From assembly GCF_038025025.1 (NCBI RefSeq), contig NW_027117347.1, positions 62,001-126,000 of the forward strand: DNA of 64,000 bases, read 5' to 3'. The notes under the pieces were generated by a model. The model ran no database searches. It was not told the DNA's origin and saw nothing but the letters and a program-made list of their open reading frames with translations. The position numbers and the translations under genes are program-made. This document shows, piece after piece, positions 62,666-64,000 of this stretch; the stretch's first letter is position 1, and every line of letters starts with the position of its first letter. Source of the stretch: Phyllosticta citribraziliensis. Taxonomy: Eukaryota.

Positions 62666-64000
62666 ATGCTGACGCGACAGCTGCTGAAAAGTGCCTGCGC
62701 CCCGCGATGCTCCCCAACTCTCCTGGCAGCGCGCCACTCGCCCTTGGTCCGCTACGCTCAACCGAACCGCATCTTTGCAACCTCCCGCCCCCGCAAGGAT
62801 GACACAAAGACAGGCCAGGCTGAAAAGGGCGTCACAGGGACCGTAAAGGCGAAACCCCATGACCCCCTGGCAGAAAAGACTGTCAGCAACAAGGAACAGC
62901 GCAAAGCCGACTGGGCCATTATGAAGGAAATGTCAAGATATTTATGGCCAAAGGTGGGCAGCCAGCTGCATGTCTGAACAGAATTGACTCTGAAAGGACT
63001 CTCTCGACACAAGAGTACGGGTCGGCCTGTCTGTAGGCCTCCTGGTTGGCGCCAAGGTATTCATGTCATCCTACCATATATAGTCGTGCTCATAAACCCA
63101 GGTTCTCAATGTGCAAGTTCCTTTTTACTTCAAGAGCATTGTGGACTCTATGAACATTGACTTTTTGGCCGTGGGCGGCACTGCCTGGACGGTTGCCGGC
63201 TCTCTGATTGTCGCTTGTAAGCATCCGCCTGAATTAGAAAAACCCAACTAAGAAGAAAGATGGCGTCACCAGGATGGGATCCACCATGTTCCAAGAACTT
63301 CGCAACGCCGTCTTTGCCAGTGTGGCACAAAAAGCCATTCGACGCGTCGCATGCAGCGTCTACGAGCATTTGCTCAAATTGGATCTCAACTTTCATCTTT
63401 CCCGCCAGACCGGAGGCTTGACGCGCGCCATTGACCGCGGTACCAAGGGAATCAGTTTCTTGTTAACTTCCATGGTCTTTCACGTCCTTCCTACAGCACT
63501 CGAGATATCCCTTGTTTGTGGCATTCTTGTACGTCATTCCGGCTCTTTCTCCTCGCCTGCTAACCAGCCAGACATATCAATATGGCGCACAATTTGCATT
63601 CATCACGGCCGCGACAATGGTCGCATACACCGCCTTCACAATCACCACCACTTCATGGCGAACCAAATTCCGCAAGCAGGCCAACGCTGCCGACAACAGG
63701 GCTGCCACGGTCGCCGTCGACTCGCTCATCAACTACGAAGCCGTCAAGTACTTCAACAATGAAAAGTTTGAAGTCGCGCGGTACGACAAGGCCCTCAAGT
63801 CTTACGAGAATGCCTCCATCAAGGTTGCGACATCGCTCGCCTTTCTCAACTCTGGCCAGAACATGATTTTCAGCACTGCCCTCACGGCCATGATGTACCT
63901 GGCAGCCAACGGTGTGGCTGCGGGCTCGCTCACAGTCGGCGACTTGGTCATGGTCAACCAGCTCGTTTTCCAATTGTCTGTCCCCCTCAACTTCCTCGGC
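62666..64000 (+). CDS. ATM1: Mitochondrial ABC half-transporter for Fe-S cluster export (5' part; runs off window)
   Basis: Presequence, [70 protein letters not shown] and [15 protein letters not shown]. Confidence 0.96.

Overview
Filamentous-ascomycete genomic window with three zones. (1) 1-~21.2 kb is an extremely AT-rich block with a heavy RIP signature (TpA excess, CpA/TpG nearly absent). By eye it has no retrotransposon or transposase motifs. After mentally reversing the transitions it reads as a dense set of orphan genes, many coiled-coil or tandem-repeat proteins. (2) ~21.3-43.9 kb, plus an outlier at 47.5-49.0 kb, is GC-balanced and not RIPed. It is packed with diverged, mostly frameshifted copies of the same orphan families, here called A-G. 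A few copies look intact and have short spliceosomal introns at or within the start codon. Family G encodes small disordered proteins with repeated DAxVQT[DE] motifs resembling dynein light chain LC8-binding sites. (3) 44.1-64 kb holds ordinary intron-containing fungal genes: OPT transporter, GMC/cholesterol-oxidase-hydrolase fusion, secreted membrane protein, DUR3-like urea transporter, type II NADH dehydrogenase, AIM24 and ATM1 (truncated by the window). The best candidate novelty is the >40 kb multi-copy orphan gene cluster present in both RIP-killed and indel-decayed states, with no mobilising enzyme visible in the window. All homologies were read by eye. Boundaries in zones 1-2 are approximate.
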